Shown: positions 8,607-18,619, counted from the first letter of the stretch. The stretch is DNA of 60,677 nt from an uncultured Clostridia bacterium (GCA_947626555.1 CANQSP010000002.1:1-60677); one strand, 5' to 3'. Numbers and translations: made by a program. Notes: generated by a model not told the origin, from the sequence alone.

Positions 8607-11600
8607 TGTGATATAAGGCTGACTTCCTGGCGAAAATTTTACTCTATTTCCGTATTCTTTTATTAATGGGTTCACAATATCTACATTAAATTTTTCTGCA
8701 TCAAAAATATATACTATGCCATCCCTTTTTTGTGATACTTTTATTACATTTGCTTTTTTGCACATTTCTTTTATTCTTGCTATTTCTATTAGGTTTTCAA
8801 CTTCTTTTGGTATTCCGCCGAATCTATCTATTATTTCATCTATAATGTTTTGAACATCTTCTTCTGTTCTACATAGTGCTATATCTTGATATATTTCTAT
8901 TTTTTGACTACTATCACTTATAAATTCGTCTGGTATATAGCTTGATACATTTAAGTCTATTTGAACGTCTTTTTCTTCATATACCTCTATTCCCTGCATT
9001 TGCTTTATGACTTCATCTAAAAGTTTGCAATATGTGTCATATCCTACTTGTTCCATGTGACCATGTTGAATTTCTCCCAATAAACTTCCTGCTCCCCTTA
9101 TTTCTAGGTCACGCATTGCTATTTTAAATCCAGAGCCAAATTCAGTAAATTCTTTTATTGCTTTTAACCTTTTATCTGCTACCTCTGATAATAGTTTGTC
9201 TCTTTTATATGTTACATATGCATATGCCTGCTTATTACTTCTTCCAACTCTACCTCTTATTTGATATAGTTGAGCTAGACCTAATCTATCTGCATCTTCT
9301 ACTATTATTGTGTTCGCATTTGGTATATCTATTCCAGATTCTAATATTGTTGTGCATACTAGTACGTTAGTTTTTCCCTCTACGAACTGCATCATAATAT
9401 CTTCAAGTTCATTACCTGTCATTTTTCCATGTGCCACTGCTACATTTGCCTCTGGTACTAAAAATGATATTTCATCTGCTTTTTTATTTATTGATTCAAC
9501 TTTGTTATATAAATAGAAAACCTGACCGCCTCTTTCTAGTTCTTTGGTTATTGCTTCTTTTATAACTTCTTCATCATATTCTAAAATGTAAGTTTGAACA
9601 GGTCTTCTGTTCTGTGGAGGCTCGTATATAACAGACATATCTCTTACACCAACTATTGACATGTGAAGCGTTCTTGGTATTGGTGTTGCAGTCATTGTAA
9701 GTACGTCTATACTTGCTTTATATTGCTTTATTTTTTCTTTATCTTTTACACCAAATCTGTGCTCCTCATCTATTATAAGTAGCCCTAAGTCTTTAAATTC
9801 AACATCTTTGCTTAATATTCTATGTGTTCCTATTACAACATCTATTTCACCTAATTTTAATTTTCTTACTATTTCATCTTGCTCTTTTTTAGTTCTAAAT
9901 CTATTTAATAATTCAACCCTTATTGCAAAGTTTTCCATTCTGGATTTAAAGCTTTCGTATTGCTGATTTGCAAGTATTGTTGTTGGCACTAAATATGCAA
10001 CTTGTTTTTGATCCATTACCGCCTTAAATGCTGCCCTTATTGCAACTTCAGTTTTTCCATATCCAACATCACCACACAAAAGCCTATCCATCGGTCTTGG
10101 TTGTTCCATGTCTTTCTTTGTTTCCTCTATGCAACGAAGTTGGTCGTCTGTTTCTGCATATTCAAAACTTTCCTCAAATTCTTTTTGCCATGGTGTGTCT
10201 TTTGAAAATGCAAAACCTTTTATTTTCTGCCTTTTAGCATAAAGTTCAATTAATTCTTTTGCCACTTCTTTTAAATTATTCTTAACTTTTGCTTTAGTAC
10301 TCTCCCACTCTTTTCCGCCTAATCTATTAATTTTTGGAACAGCTTCTCCTGCACCTATATATTTTCTTATGTTGTCTAAATCGTTTGTAGGAATGTATAA
10401 CATATCATCATTCCTATACCTTATTTTAATATAGTCTTTTGTAACTCCCTCTGTTTTGATAGTATTTACCCCTATAAATTGACCTATACCATGATTTTTA
10501 TGCACCACATAGTCACCAATTTGTAAGTCTGCAAATACTACCTTTTCTCCTTCCTTAAAGGCCGAAGATAATTTTCTCTTTTTCTTTACATTTGTTTCAA
10601 ATAAATCTTCTCCAGTTATTACAATTAAATTCAAATCATAACATTCAAAGCCTTCTGATAGTCTACCTTTGGAAACTATCACTTCGCCTTTTTTGTATTC
10701 TACATTTTCTAAATTATCTACATATTTACTTTGTATTTCTTTTTCATTTAATAAAATTGCAAATTTTCTGGAATCCTCTTCATTTCCTGCTAATATTATT
10801 ATTTGCTTTTTAGATTTTTTTATGTCTTCAAATAGCAATTCCATTTCACTTTTATAATAATTTACATCTCTAAAGTTAAACACAAATTTCGTACTACTTG
10901 CATTTGAAACTCCGAAATCTTGCTTTTCTAAATATACTACCTGTTTTTCTTCTAAATTATAGACATATTCACTTATATTTTGAATAGACTGTGGAATCAT
11001 TTTTTGCTTTTCTACTAATGTTTTTATTAAATTATTATTCTCTATAATTATATTTTCTTGTCTTTGATTTACCTTTGAAAATTCATCTATTAAAATTAAA
11101 TACTTATCTAAATAATCTAAAAAACTACCCTGCTTTTTATAAAAACAGTTAAAATATTTATCTATTTTACTAATATAATTTCCACTTTTTATTTGTTCTA
11201 TATCTTCTTGTCTTATCTGCTCTAATTCATTCGTTTCTAGTTTTCCTTCTAAGATTTTGTTACATATATCAGTTATACTTTCTTCAATTAAAAATTCATG
11301 TGAAGGGTAAATTTCCACATTTTCTAGCATAACCGTAGACCTTTGGTCGCTAATACTAAATTGCCTTATAGAATCTATTTCATCTCCCCAAAACTCTATT
11401 CTTATACCACTTTTTTCACTATTAGAAATATCTACAATTCCACCTCTTATACTAAATTGCCCTCTACCTTCTACTAAATCATTTCTTTCATAACCCAAAT
11501 AAACTAAATCTTGCTTCAACTTCTCTAAATCATAGGTATCCCCAATTTTAAACTTTAAAATATTTTTATATAAACTTGTTTTAGTAATCATTTTTTGCAT

Positions 11601-11975
11601 TATTGCCTCAATAGTTGTTACCACTATTTTAGCCTTACCATTTTTTATTTTATTTAACGTCTCAATTCTTTCATATGGTAAGTCTTGACTTTGAGCAATA
11701 TAATCATAAGTTACAATCTCCCTTTTAGGAAAATATGAAATATTTTGTTCCTTTTCAAAATAGGCTAAATCTTGAATTATTTTCTTAGCTTGAATTTCAT
11801 TATATGTTACAATGCATATAGGCTTCTTAGAATACTCCTTTGTTGCATATGCAAATCCTATTTTTCCCACGTCAGATAAGCCCGATATCGTTATCGGACT
11901 ATTTTTTTCTTTTATTTTTTCTATATACTCTTGAAATTTTGGGAGCTCACTTAATTTTTCTATTATTGAATTCAT
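8517..11975 (-). CDS. mfd: transcription-repair coupling factor
   Basis: 1152 aa. CarD-like GDYVVHKNHGIGQF, Walker A GDVGYGKTEVA, IIDEEHRFGV, helicase C motifs LYQIRGRVGRS. AAGGAGA SD before ATG 11975. The last 29 codons are element-derived (see findings). Confidence 0.97.
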   Translation of the reverse strand: MNSIIEKLSELPKFQEYIEKIKEKNSPITISGLSDVGKIGFAYATKEYSKKPICIVTYNEIQAKKIIQDLAYFEKEQNISYFPKREIVTYDYIAQSQDLPYERIETLNKIKNGKAKIVVTTIEAIMQKMITKTSLYKNILKFKIGDTYDLEKLKQDLVYLGYERNDLVEGRGQFSIRGGIVDISNSEKSGIRIEFWGDEIDSIRQFSISDQRSTVMLENVEIYPSHEFLIEESITDICNKILEGKLETNELEQIRQEDIEQIKSGNYISKIDKYFNCFYKKQGSFLDYLDKYLILIDEFSKVNQRQENIIIENNNLIKTLVEKQKMIPQSIQNISEYVYNLEEKQVVYLEKQDFGVSNASSTKFVFNFRDVNYYKSEMELLFEDIKKSKKQIIILAGNEEDSRKFAILLNEKEIQSKYVDNLENVEYKKGEVIVSKGRLSEGFECYDLNLIVITGEDLFETNVKKKRKLSSAFKEGEKVVFADLQIGDYVVHKNHGIGQFIGVNTIKTEGVTKDYIKIRYRNDDMLYIPTNDLDNIRKYIGAGEAVPKINRLGGKEWESTKAKVKNNLKEVAKELIELYAKRQKIKGFAFSKDTPWQKEFEESFEYAETDDQLRCIEETKKDMEQPRPMDRLLCGDVGYGKTEVAIRAAFKAVMDQKQVAYLVPTTILANQQYESFKSRMENFAIRVELLNRFRTKKEQDEIVRKLKLGEIDVVIGTHRILSKDVEFKDLGLLIIDEEHRFGVKDKEKIKQYKASIDVLTMTATPIPRTLHMSIVGVRDMSVIYEPPQNRRPVQTYILEYDEEVIKEAITKELERGGQVFYLYNKVESINKKADEISFLVPEANVAVAHGKMTGNELEDIMMQFVEGKTNVLVCTTILESGIDIPNANTIIVEDADRLGLAQLYQIRGRVGRSNKQAYAYVTYKRDKLLSEVADKRLKAIKEFTEFGSGFKIAMRDLEIRGAGSLLGEIQHGHMEQVGYDTYCKLLDEVIKQMQGIEVYEEKDVQIDLNVSSYIPDEFISDSSQKIEIYQDIALCRTEEDVQNIIDEIIDRFGGIPKEVENLIEIARIKEMCKKANVIKVSQKRDGIVYIFDAEKFNVDIVNPLIKEYGNRVKFSPGSQPYITYKLLGTGLNSLAEIKEFLNNIELLGKKGE

Positions 11976-12007
11976 TATTGTCTCCTTTTTGGCTAAACAC
12001 CTTTTCT

Positions 12008-12036
12008 ATTATACCAAATTTTTCCTTCCTTTGCAA
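12008..12036 (-). promoter_or_regulatory. candidate sigma-A promoter of mfd
   Basis: Minus strand reads TTGCAA (12036-12031), 17 nt, then TATAAT (12013-12008), preceded by TGG (near extended -10). Confidence 0.6.
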
Positions 12037-12060
12037 TACTATTAAAAGCATGGTTCAATA

Positions 12061-12404
12061 GCTAAACTATTGGGGACGGGGTTAAATAGTTTAGCACTTA
12101 CTTTATTTTTGTTAAACTATTAGGGACGGAGTTAAATAGTTTAACAACTTAATTGCTATATAGCAAAACATTAATATTATATATTTTGAAGTGATTCGTG
12201 GGGACCGTTTTAGAAAATGTTACGAACATGTGTGAGTTACATTTTCTTAAATGGGGCAACGCAAAAATATATAATATTAATGTTTTGCAAGTATTATAAT
12301 TAAAATTTAGTTAAACTATTTAACTCCGTCCCTAATAGTTTAACTGTTTCGTTATAGATTACTAATTGTGCTAAACTATTTAACCCCGTCCCCAATAGTT
12401 TAGC
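12061..12404. mobile_element. nested-palindrome element, copy A (putative non-autonomous MITE/REPIN-like element)
   Basis: Outer modules 12061-12095 and 12370-12404 are perfect 35-nt inverted repeats. Inner modules 12111-12145 and 12310-12344 are also perfect. The core has a 25-bp stem (12163-12187 with 12264-12288). No ORF over 28 codons. Confidence 0.7.
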
Positions 12405-12451
12405 ATATTTTATATTTTTTCAAATATACTTGTTATTAAGTGAGGTATTAT

Positions 12452-13525
12452 ATGAAAGCAATTTGTTATAAACCTAAATTCATTTTCCTATCTTTAAAAA
12501 GAAAAATTCTACCTTTAATATTTTGTGCTTTTACAATATTTTTAGTATTGTTCTCTAATAAAAATTTAGTTGCTGCAAAATCTGGATTATTGTTATGGGC
12601 AAATAATGTTGTACCTGCTTTACTTCCATTTTTCATTGCAACAGAATTACTTTCATATACTAATATTGTAGATAAAATAGGAAAAGTTTTAACTCCTATT
12701 ATGAGACCAATATTTAATATTCCAGGATGTGGTGCATATGCTTTTATAATGGGTATAATTAGTGGTTACCCTATTGGTGCAAAAATTGTTACAAATTTTA
12801 GAGAAAATGGTCTTTGCACAAAAGAAGAAGCAGAAAGAATGATTGCTTTTACTAATAATTCTGGCCCTCTTTTTATAATTGGAACGGTTGGAATTACGCT
12901 ATTTGGTAACAGTTTAATTGGGATTTTACTTTTTATTACTCATTTACTTGCTTGCATAAGTGTAGGCATTTGCTTTAGATTCTGGAAATCAAAAAATAAT
13001 TCTTATAAAAAGACTAATTACCATACTAATCTTGCTTCTAATACTTCATGCACTGTGCATTTATCAAATTTAGGAGAAGTACTAAGTAAAAGCATAATGT
13101 CTGCAATCAATACTGTTGTTATGATAGGTGGTTTTGTTGTACTTTTTAGTGTTATATTATCAATTCTAAATAATAGTCACATATTGACATTTATTGCTCA
13201 AATTTTTAGTCCTATCTTTAAAGTTTTTGGAATACAAGATTTTAGGTTTGTTACAGCCTTTACCTCTGGTATTATAGAATTAACAAATGGAGCTAGTTTA
13301 ATTTGTGCTATCCCATGTAAATCGATTTCTATAAACATTATAATATGCGCATTTTTATTAGGATTTGGAGGTCTTTCTATTTTGTTCCAAGTATTTAGCA
13401 TTACTGCTAAATCTGATGTCTCCATAAAACCATACATTATTGGTAAATTATTACAAGCAATATTTGCAACTATATATACAATAATTTTTATTAATTGTTT
13501 TCCTATTTTTAACTTAAATTTATAG
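12452..13525 (+). CDS. ylbJ: sporulation integral membrane protein YlbJ-like (nucleoside-recognition/Gate domains)
   Basis: Multi-pass membrane protein with segments such as GCGAYAFIMGIISGYPIGAKIV and NNSGPLFIIGTVG. ATG 12452 follows a GAGG SD. The track ORF starts at GTG 12440. Confidence 0.6.
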   Translation: MKAICYKPKFIFLSLKRKILPLIFCAFTIFLVLFSNKNLVAAKSGLLLWANNVVPALLPFFIATELLSYTNIVDKIGKVLTPIMRPIFNIPGCGAYAFIMGIISGYPIGAKIVTNFRENGLCTKEEAERMIAFTNNSGPLFIIGTVGITLFGNSLIGILLFITHLLACISVGICFRFWKSKNNSYKKTNYHTNLASNTSCTVHLSNLGEVLSKSIMSAINTVVMIGGFVVLFSVILSILNNSHILTFIAQIFSPIFKVFGIQDFRFVTAFTSGIIELTNGASLICAIPCKSISINIIICAFLLGFGGLSILFQVFSITAKSDVSIKPYIIGKLLQAIFATIYTIIFINCFPIFNLNL

Positions 13526-13576
13526 TAACTATATAATGATTTTTTATTTTAAACAACGAAAGGAGTATAATTAGTT

Positions 13577-13777
13577 ATGGATAAAAATTTTGACTTTAAC
13601 AATTTTGCGGGATATCCCCCTCAATTCGATACAAATGATAATCCTTATTTTGATAACTTTAATCCTATTATGCAATATGAACAAGCATATATGTATTATA
13701 GGTATATGACTCAACAATTAGAATATAAGATAAAATGCAAGGAATATGAAAATTTATGCTCTTCTTCACGGAAATAA
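13577..13777 (+). CDS. small Y/N/F-rich protein (66 aa), unknown function
   Basis: AAAGGAG lies 11 nt upstream of the ATG. Followed by the terminator at 13831. Confidence 0.4.
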   Translation: MDKNFDFNNFAGYPPQFDTNDNPYFDNFNPIMQYEQAYMYYRYMTQQLEYKIKCKEYENLCSSSRK

Positions 13778-13830
13778 TGGACCAAGACAAACCCAAAAAA
13801 GTAATATGATTTAACCCATATATGGGGTAA

Positions 13831-13869
13831 AAGTCCAGTTTTGACTTATCATCAAAACTGGACTTTTAT
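13831..13869. terminator. bidirectional terminator hairpin between convergent small genes
   Basis: AAGTCCAGTTTTGA / TCAAAACTGGACTT stem. T-rich on the + side, and TTTT follows on the minus side. Confidence 0.75.
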
Positions 13870-13876
13870 TAAATTA

Positions 13877-14155
13877 CTAAGTATATTCTTTTACTAAATC
13901 TTCAATTATATCTTCACTTTCTGGCTTTATTTCTTTGGCTACTAAAAAATCTAAAATTCTATTTATAATACTTTCACTTGATGTGATATTATTTATATTT
14001 GTTACTTTTACATTTTCTTCCATATGATTTTCTTTTACAATCTCAAATCCAAACTTTTCATTCTTTAGTTTATAGTAATTAATATGCTCTTTAGAATTTT
14101 TTCCCCCTTCTTTTAAAATCTTGCTTATTTCTATGCTGCCGTATAATTTCTTCAT
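13877..14155 (-). CDS. small protein (92 aa), unknown function
   Basis: AGGAGG SD lies 9 nt upstream of ATG 14155. Confidence 0.5.
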   Translation of the reverse strand: MKKLYGSIEISKILKEGGKNSKEHINYYKLKNEKFGFEIVKENHMEENVKVTNINNITSSESIINRILDFLVAKEIKPESEDIIEDLVKEYT

Positions 14156-14347
14156 CTGTTTTTTCCTCCTTTTATAAAATACAAAATTTATTGTATAACA
14201 ATTTCCAATATTTTACAAGAACTTTTCATCTTCCTTTTTCGACAAAATTCTACTATAAACTGCTTTTTGCAAGGATGGATTATTTACAATTACTCATATA
14301 ATCAGCATATGTTATGCATTATATACAATTATAGATACAAAAATTTA

Positions 14348-16417
14348 TTATATTGCACATACAAATTTATTATACGAATTTTTCACTATCTTCCGGCCCA
14401 TTCCGTCCGCCTCCGCCACCGGCCGCCGGCCTCCACCAGAAAATCCTCCGCCTCCACCAGAACCACTTGAAGAACTATGTTTTGCTATCTCTGATAAAGA
14501 TGTTGAATATGCTCTATCTGTACTACTATTTAATACACTTAGAGGATGATAATTTGATACTCCATAAATTATATTACTCGTAGCAAAATTTAATACTTGA
14601 TATTTTTGTAAGTTTTCATCATTCCAGTATTCTTCTACAAAAACTTCTGGATATTTTGCCTTCATTTGCTCTATAACTTTATCTGCTATCCCAAATGCAG
14701 TAGCATATACTAAATATTTTTCCCATAATGCAAGCTCTGGGACCTCTCTTTCTTTAATTAAAGAAAACTCCTCCATAAACTTTGCTAAACCTTTCCATTT
14801 TTCTTGCTCTTCTGTACCTTTTTGTGTTAATACAGCTATTTTACTTTGAATTTTTGATCTTATTTTAAATTTTACTAATAACGTAGCAATAAGAGGTAAA
14901 AATATTATAGCTATTGTTATAAAACCACCTACAAAGCCAACTCCAAATGCATTTATATATGCTCTATTAAATATTGGAAGTAGTCCAATTATAAGTGCTA
15001 TTATAAGAATTTTTACTGCTCCAACAAGAAAATAGTATTTATCATTTGCACTGGATGATTTTTTATATAACTTTTCGTCTGCTTTGTCAACTAACTCTTG
15101 CCTATACATACTCTCTCTTGATTCATTTACCATTTTATTTATAAGTTGACTATATTTTGTATAATTGTTTTTAGCAAATGTATTTATCTTTGAAATTTCA
15201 AATTCTCCGCCCTGCATTTTATATGTCCCATTTAAAATTTCATATACAGCTTCTTCATCTCTATTTAAGCCATTACTTCCTTTAAGAATATTTACATACA
15301 CATTTTTATCTACTGTTCTAAAGCTTATATAACCTTTTAATGCAAGATTTAAAAATGTAGCTGAAACTATATCAGACTGATGTTGCATTGTATCTTGTTT
15401 ATCTTTTTTAAAGAAATATAAATACGAAGCTTCAGGAGGAGTTGCATTTTCTTCTCTTGGAATTCCTCTATAATATTTAATATCTGAATGTATTATACCA
15501 TCATCTTTTTTCTTATTAATTTTATATGCTTTTATAACTTGTATTAAATTAATTATTATTGCTATTACATAGATTATTAACAATATAATATAGAAATAAT
15601 TTGCAACATCATTTGACTCATTTGCCCATTTATTTTCTTCCTGCATAATTGTATTTAAATATGAATAATTTCTTATTTTAGAGCTATTTACATCAAACAT
15701 ATCCTCTGTAGTAACTGCTCTTACCTCTAACATTCTTCCAGCTTCTAAATTATCTACGGAAAATTCAATACTATTTTTTGAAGCTATTTTTATATTTCCA
15801 TTTAAAGGTCCATGACCCCATGCTTTCAAATTTTCTATTTTGCTTACATTATCTGGCATCGTAATTTTCCCAGTAACTTTTTTTACAGGTATAGCATTTT
15901 CTTCGCTTAATAGTTTCCAATAAAATTCTTCGCAATCGTTGTAATCTTTAACTACATTTAATACAGTATATGATATTTGATATTGCTTTTTACCAATTCG
16001 ATTTTCCATACCTGTTCCCCATGCAATTTCAAAATTTGATGAATTTACATATAATGCATAATAGCAATCTGTTGTAACATGGTACATTTTTTCATCAATT
16101 TGTTGTAATATCTTACCAGTTTGAAGATCTTTTACAGTTACATCAGTAATATTATCAAAACTAGAGCCTATTTTATTAAAATCTCTAAAAAGTGTATTTG
16201 TATAACTAATATATACATCCCATGTTTCAGTTATCCTAGCACTTCCATCTTCCATTAAAACTACATCATAGTTTAATTCATCCATAATTTGACTTTTGTC
16301 AAATAATGTACCTGTAAATAATATTATTATAGTTATTATTATTAACATTATAATAAACATTTTTAATAGGCTTTTTAAGTGCTTTTTTATAAACTCTTTC
16401 ATATTGATAGTACCCAT
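14348..16417 (-). CDS. DUF2207-like membrane protein (689 aa)
   Basis: N-terminal TM helix, large extracytoplasmic domain, three central or C-terminal TM helices and a Gly-rich tail (SSSSGSGGGGGFSGGG) characteristic of DUF2207. AAGGAGA SD lies 8 nt before ATG 16417. Confidence 0.6.
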   Translation of the reverse strand: MGTINMKEFIKKHLKSLLKMFIIMLIIITIIILFTGTLFDKSQIMDELNYDVVLMEDGSARITETWDVYISYTNTLFRDFNKIGSSFDNITDVTVKDLQTGKILQQIDEKMYHVTTDCYYALYVNSSNFEIAWGTGMENRIGKKQYQISYTVLNVVKDYNDCEEFYWKLLSEENAIPVKKVTGKITMPDNVSKIENLKAWGHGPLNGNIKIASKNSIEFSVDNLEAGRMLEVRAVTTEDMFDVNSSKIRNYSYLNTIMQEENKWANESNDVANYFYIILLIIYVIAIIINLIQVIKAYKINKKKDDGIIHSDIKYYRGIPREENATPPEASYLYFFKKDKQDTMQHQSDIVSATFLNLALKGYISFRTVDKNVYVNILKGSNGLNRDEEAVYEILNGTYKMQGGEFEISKINTFAKNNYTKYSQLINKMVNESRESMYRQELVDKADEKLYKKSSSANDKYYFLVGAVKILIIALIIGLLPIFNRAYINAFGVGFVGGFITIAIIFLPLIATLLVKFKIRSKIQSKIAVLTQKGTEEQEKWKGLAKFMEEFSLIKEREVPELALWEKYLVYATAFGIADKVIEQMKAKYPEVFVEEYWNDENLQKYQVLNFATSNIIYGVSNYHPLSVLNSSTDRAYSTSLSEIAKHSSSSGSGGGGGFSGGGRRPVAEADGMGRKIVKNSYNKFVCAI

Positions 16418-16514
16418 ATTTACATTCTCCTTTGTTTAAATTATCGCATTTTTTATATTGCCTAAATTTTAATATGCATAAATTATATATTAAACTTTAT
16501 CCTATTTCAATAAT

Positions 16515-16562
16515 TATCTTAATACTCCTTTTAAACCTATATATCTTAATACTCCTTTTAAA
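16515..16562. repeat. 21-bp perfect direct repeat x2 (TATCTTAATACTCCTTTTAAA), 6-nt gap
   Basis: 16515-16535 and 16542-16562 are identical. They lie in the intergenic region upstream of the DUF2207-like gene. Confidence 0.85.
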
Positions 16563-16580
16563 AATATTATAATTTGATTT

Positions 16581-16605
16581 AAAAAACGACATCTACTGAT
16601 GCCGT
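16581..16605 (-). terminator. rho-independent terminator of the M50 protease gene
   Basis: Minus strand reads ACGGCATC-AGTA-GATGTCGT followed by TTTTTT. Confidence 0.65.
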
Positions 16606-16626
16606 AATTAATGAAATTACTTTTTA

Positions 16627-17328
16627 CTATATATTTTTACTTGTAAAATTTACTTCATCGTGAAATTTATTTATATCAATATCTTCCATTATGTCATACA
16701 TCCTCATTTTTTTTCTATATTTTATGTTTTCAGAAATAACTAACCACCATAGGTACATTAATATAATTAATATTGCTATATTCTTTAAATACAATATTGC
16801 TATACTCGTTAACGCTGTAAGCATTGAAATTGTTACATTTGAAATTAAGTTTGTGTATGTATAAGATTTCTTAAGTCCAAAAATGATATGAAATATGTTT
16901 TTAATAATTCTTCCTCCATCTAATGGATATATTGGAATTAAATTAAATATTGCTATTAAAATATTGCTATAAATTATTAACTCTCTTTTTATGCCAAATG
17001 GTTCAAAATCAAATATCATAAATATAGTAAAAATAATTATATTAGTTAATGGACCAGCTAAAGCTATTAATATTTTTTTTACGGATAAAATATTGCCATT
17101 TCTTATTTTTTTATTATAATCATTACACCCTACGTTAAATCCTATTGTCGCACCTATTGGTAATATATTAAAACTTTGTGGTCTGAAACCTAATAACATT
17201 CCTACAAGTAAATGACCTAATTCATGTATAATTGCAAAGAGCATTAAAATTACATATATTTCTATCTGACCTGTTATAATAAATAAAATAATTAGTAAAA
17301 TAATTTTTAAATTTAATCTTATTTGCAT
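16627..17328 (-). CDS. M50 family site-2 metalloprotease (SpoIVFB-like, no CBS domain)
   Basis: HELGH zinc motif in a TM helix, and NLIPIYPLDGGRI (LDG motif). Polytopic membrane protein. Confidence 0.78.
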   Translation of the reverse strand: MQIRLNLKIILLIILFIITGQIEIYVILMLFAIIHELGHLLVGMLLGFRPQSFNILPIGATIGFNVGCNDYNKKIRNGNILSVKKILIALAGPLTNIIIFTIFMIFDFEPFGIKRELIIYSNILIAIFNLIPIYPLDGGRIIKNIFHIIFGLKKSYTYTNLISNVTISMLTALTSIAILYLKNIAILIILMYLWWLVISENIKYRKKMRMYDIMEDIDINKFHDEVNFTSKNI

Positions 17329-17363
17329 AATTCCTCCTCGTTTTATACTTAAGGTGAACTTAT

Positions 17364-18506
17364 TTAAAATGACATTATATACTCAGGGTTTACAGTTCTT
17401 CCACTCCTTCTTATTTCAAAATGTAAATGTGGTCCAGTAGCATTTCCAGTTTCCCCAACTTCTCCTATTTGCATTCCCTGTGCTACTATTTGCCCTTTTT
17501 GCAAATATATTTTACTACAATGTGCATATAAAGTTACAACTTCTCCATTTTGAATATATATATGATTTCCATAACTACCTTCCGATGAAACTTCTACCAC
17601 AGTCCCTGCCATAGCAGCACAAAATACTGTTCCAGTATTTGCTGCAATATCTATTCCTTTGTGATTTGCAGATACTATTTCTGTTGCTTCTCTTGGTCCA
17701 TACCTCGATGTAATAGTACCTTTCAAAGGAAGTATTAAACTACAATTTTCTTTTATAAAATTCGCATCTATTTCCATTTGAGATAATTCTACTTGAGCAT
17801 TTTGTTGATTTTCTTCATTATCTGTTCCTCCACCTATTCCAAGTTCAGTTGTATTTCCTACTTGATTAGCATTCGTTTGATTATTATTTTCATTGTTTTT
17901 ATTTTTTTCATCTACTTGCGTTTCTTCGTTGACTTGAGTATTTTCTATATTATTATCTCCTTCTGCATTTTGTTGATTTTCCTGCGTATTTGTATTACTT
18001 GGCTGATTATCTTGTGCACTAGTTTCACCTTGTTGGTTTTCTTCTGAGCTAGTATTTCCTTGTTGGTCTTCTTGTGCATTATTATCCTCTTGTGTGTTAT
18101 CATCACTTTGTTTATCTTCTTGTGTATTTTCTTTGTTTACTCCTATACCAGAAAACCACCCAATAACATTATTGTAATAGCCACTTACTGTTTCATATAC
18201 ACTTTGAAAATTTATATCATAAGATAAAAATTCATTTGCTCTTTGTAAAAAATTTTCAGAAAATATGTAATCTGAATTTTTTATTAAGTAAAAAATTAAA
18301 TATATAACTAAACAAATCAAGACTTGTAAAATTACTTTTTTTAGCATTGTGTATTCTGGTTTTGAATTTACATTTACTGAAGAACTAGATACTCTTATAT
18401 TCCCATTATATTTTTCTTTTCTTCTATTGTATATTTCCTCAGCTCGCCTTATTCTTTCTTCCGAGCTCATAGTTTTTTCCAATATTAACACCTCTCTCTT
18501 TCTCAT
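17364..18506 (-). CDS. M23 family peptidase with N-terminal TM segment and Q/N/E-rich linker (SpoIVFA-position gene)
   Basis: C-terminal HKGIDIAA...LYAHCS...GNATGPHLHFEI LytM-type motifs. The start is uncertain: ATG 18506 has no SD, while TTG 18482 lies 8 nt after GAGAGAGG. Confidence 0.82.
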   Translation of the reverse strand: MRKREVLILEKTMSSEERIRRAEEIYNRRKEKYNGNIRVSSSSVNVNSKPEYTMLKKVILQVLICLVIYLIFYLIKNSDYIFSENFLQRANEFLSYDINFQSVYETVSGYYNNVIGWFSGIGVNKENTQEDKQSDDNTQEDNNAQEDQQGNTSSEENQQGETSAQDNQPSNTNTQENQQNAEGDNNIENTQVNEETQVDEKNKNNENNNQTNANQVGNTTELGIGGGTDNEENQQNAQVELSQMEIDANFIKENCSLILPLKGTITSRYGPREATEIVSANHKGIDIAANTGTVFCAAMAGTVVEVSSEGSYGNHIYIQNGEVVTLYAHCSKIYLQKGQIVAQGMQIGEVGETGNATGPHLHFEIRRSGRTVNPEYIMSF

Positions 18507-18575
18507 TTATATTCTATTTATAATCTTTTATTACTAAAATTTGTCCAACATTTTTTATTTGCGTTATATCATTAA

Positions 18576-18619
18576 ATAAAAAAATTCTATTTGCATAATT
18601 TTAATTAATACAAATAGAA
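18576..18619 (-). terminator. rho-independent terminator
   Basis: Minus strand reads TTCTATTTG-loop-CAAATAGAA followed by TTTTTTT. Confidence 0.7.

Noticed and set aside
14395-14470. Local GC spike at the 3-prime end of the DUF2207-like gene as a sign of foreign DNA
   Set aside because: It is a run of GGN/GCN codons encoding the Gly-rich C-terminal tail typical of this family. Another frame also reads GGGGG, so a frameshift within the tract is possible but cannot be judged here.
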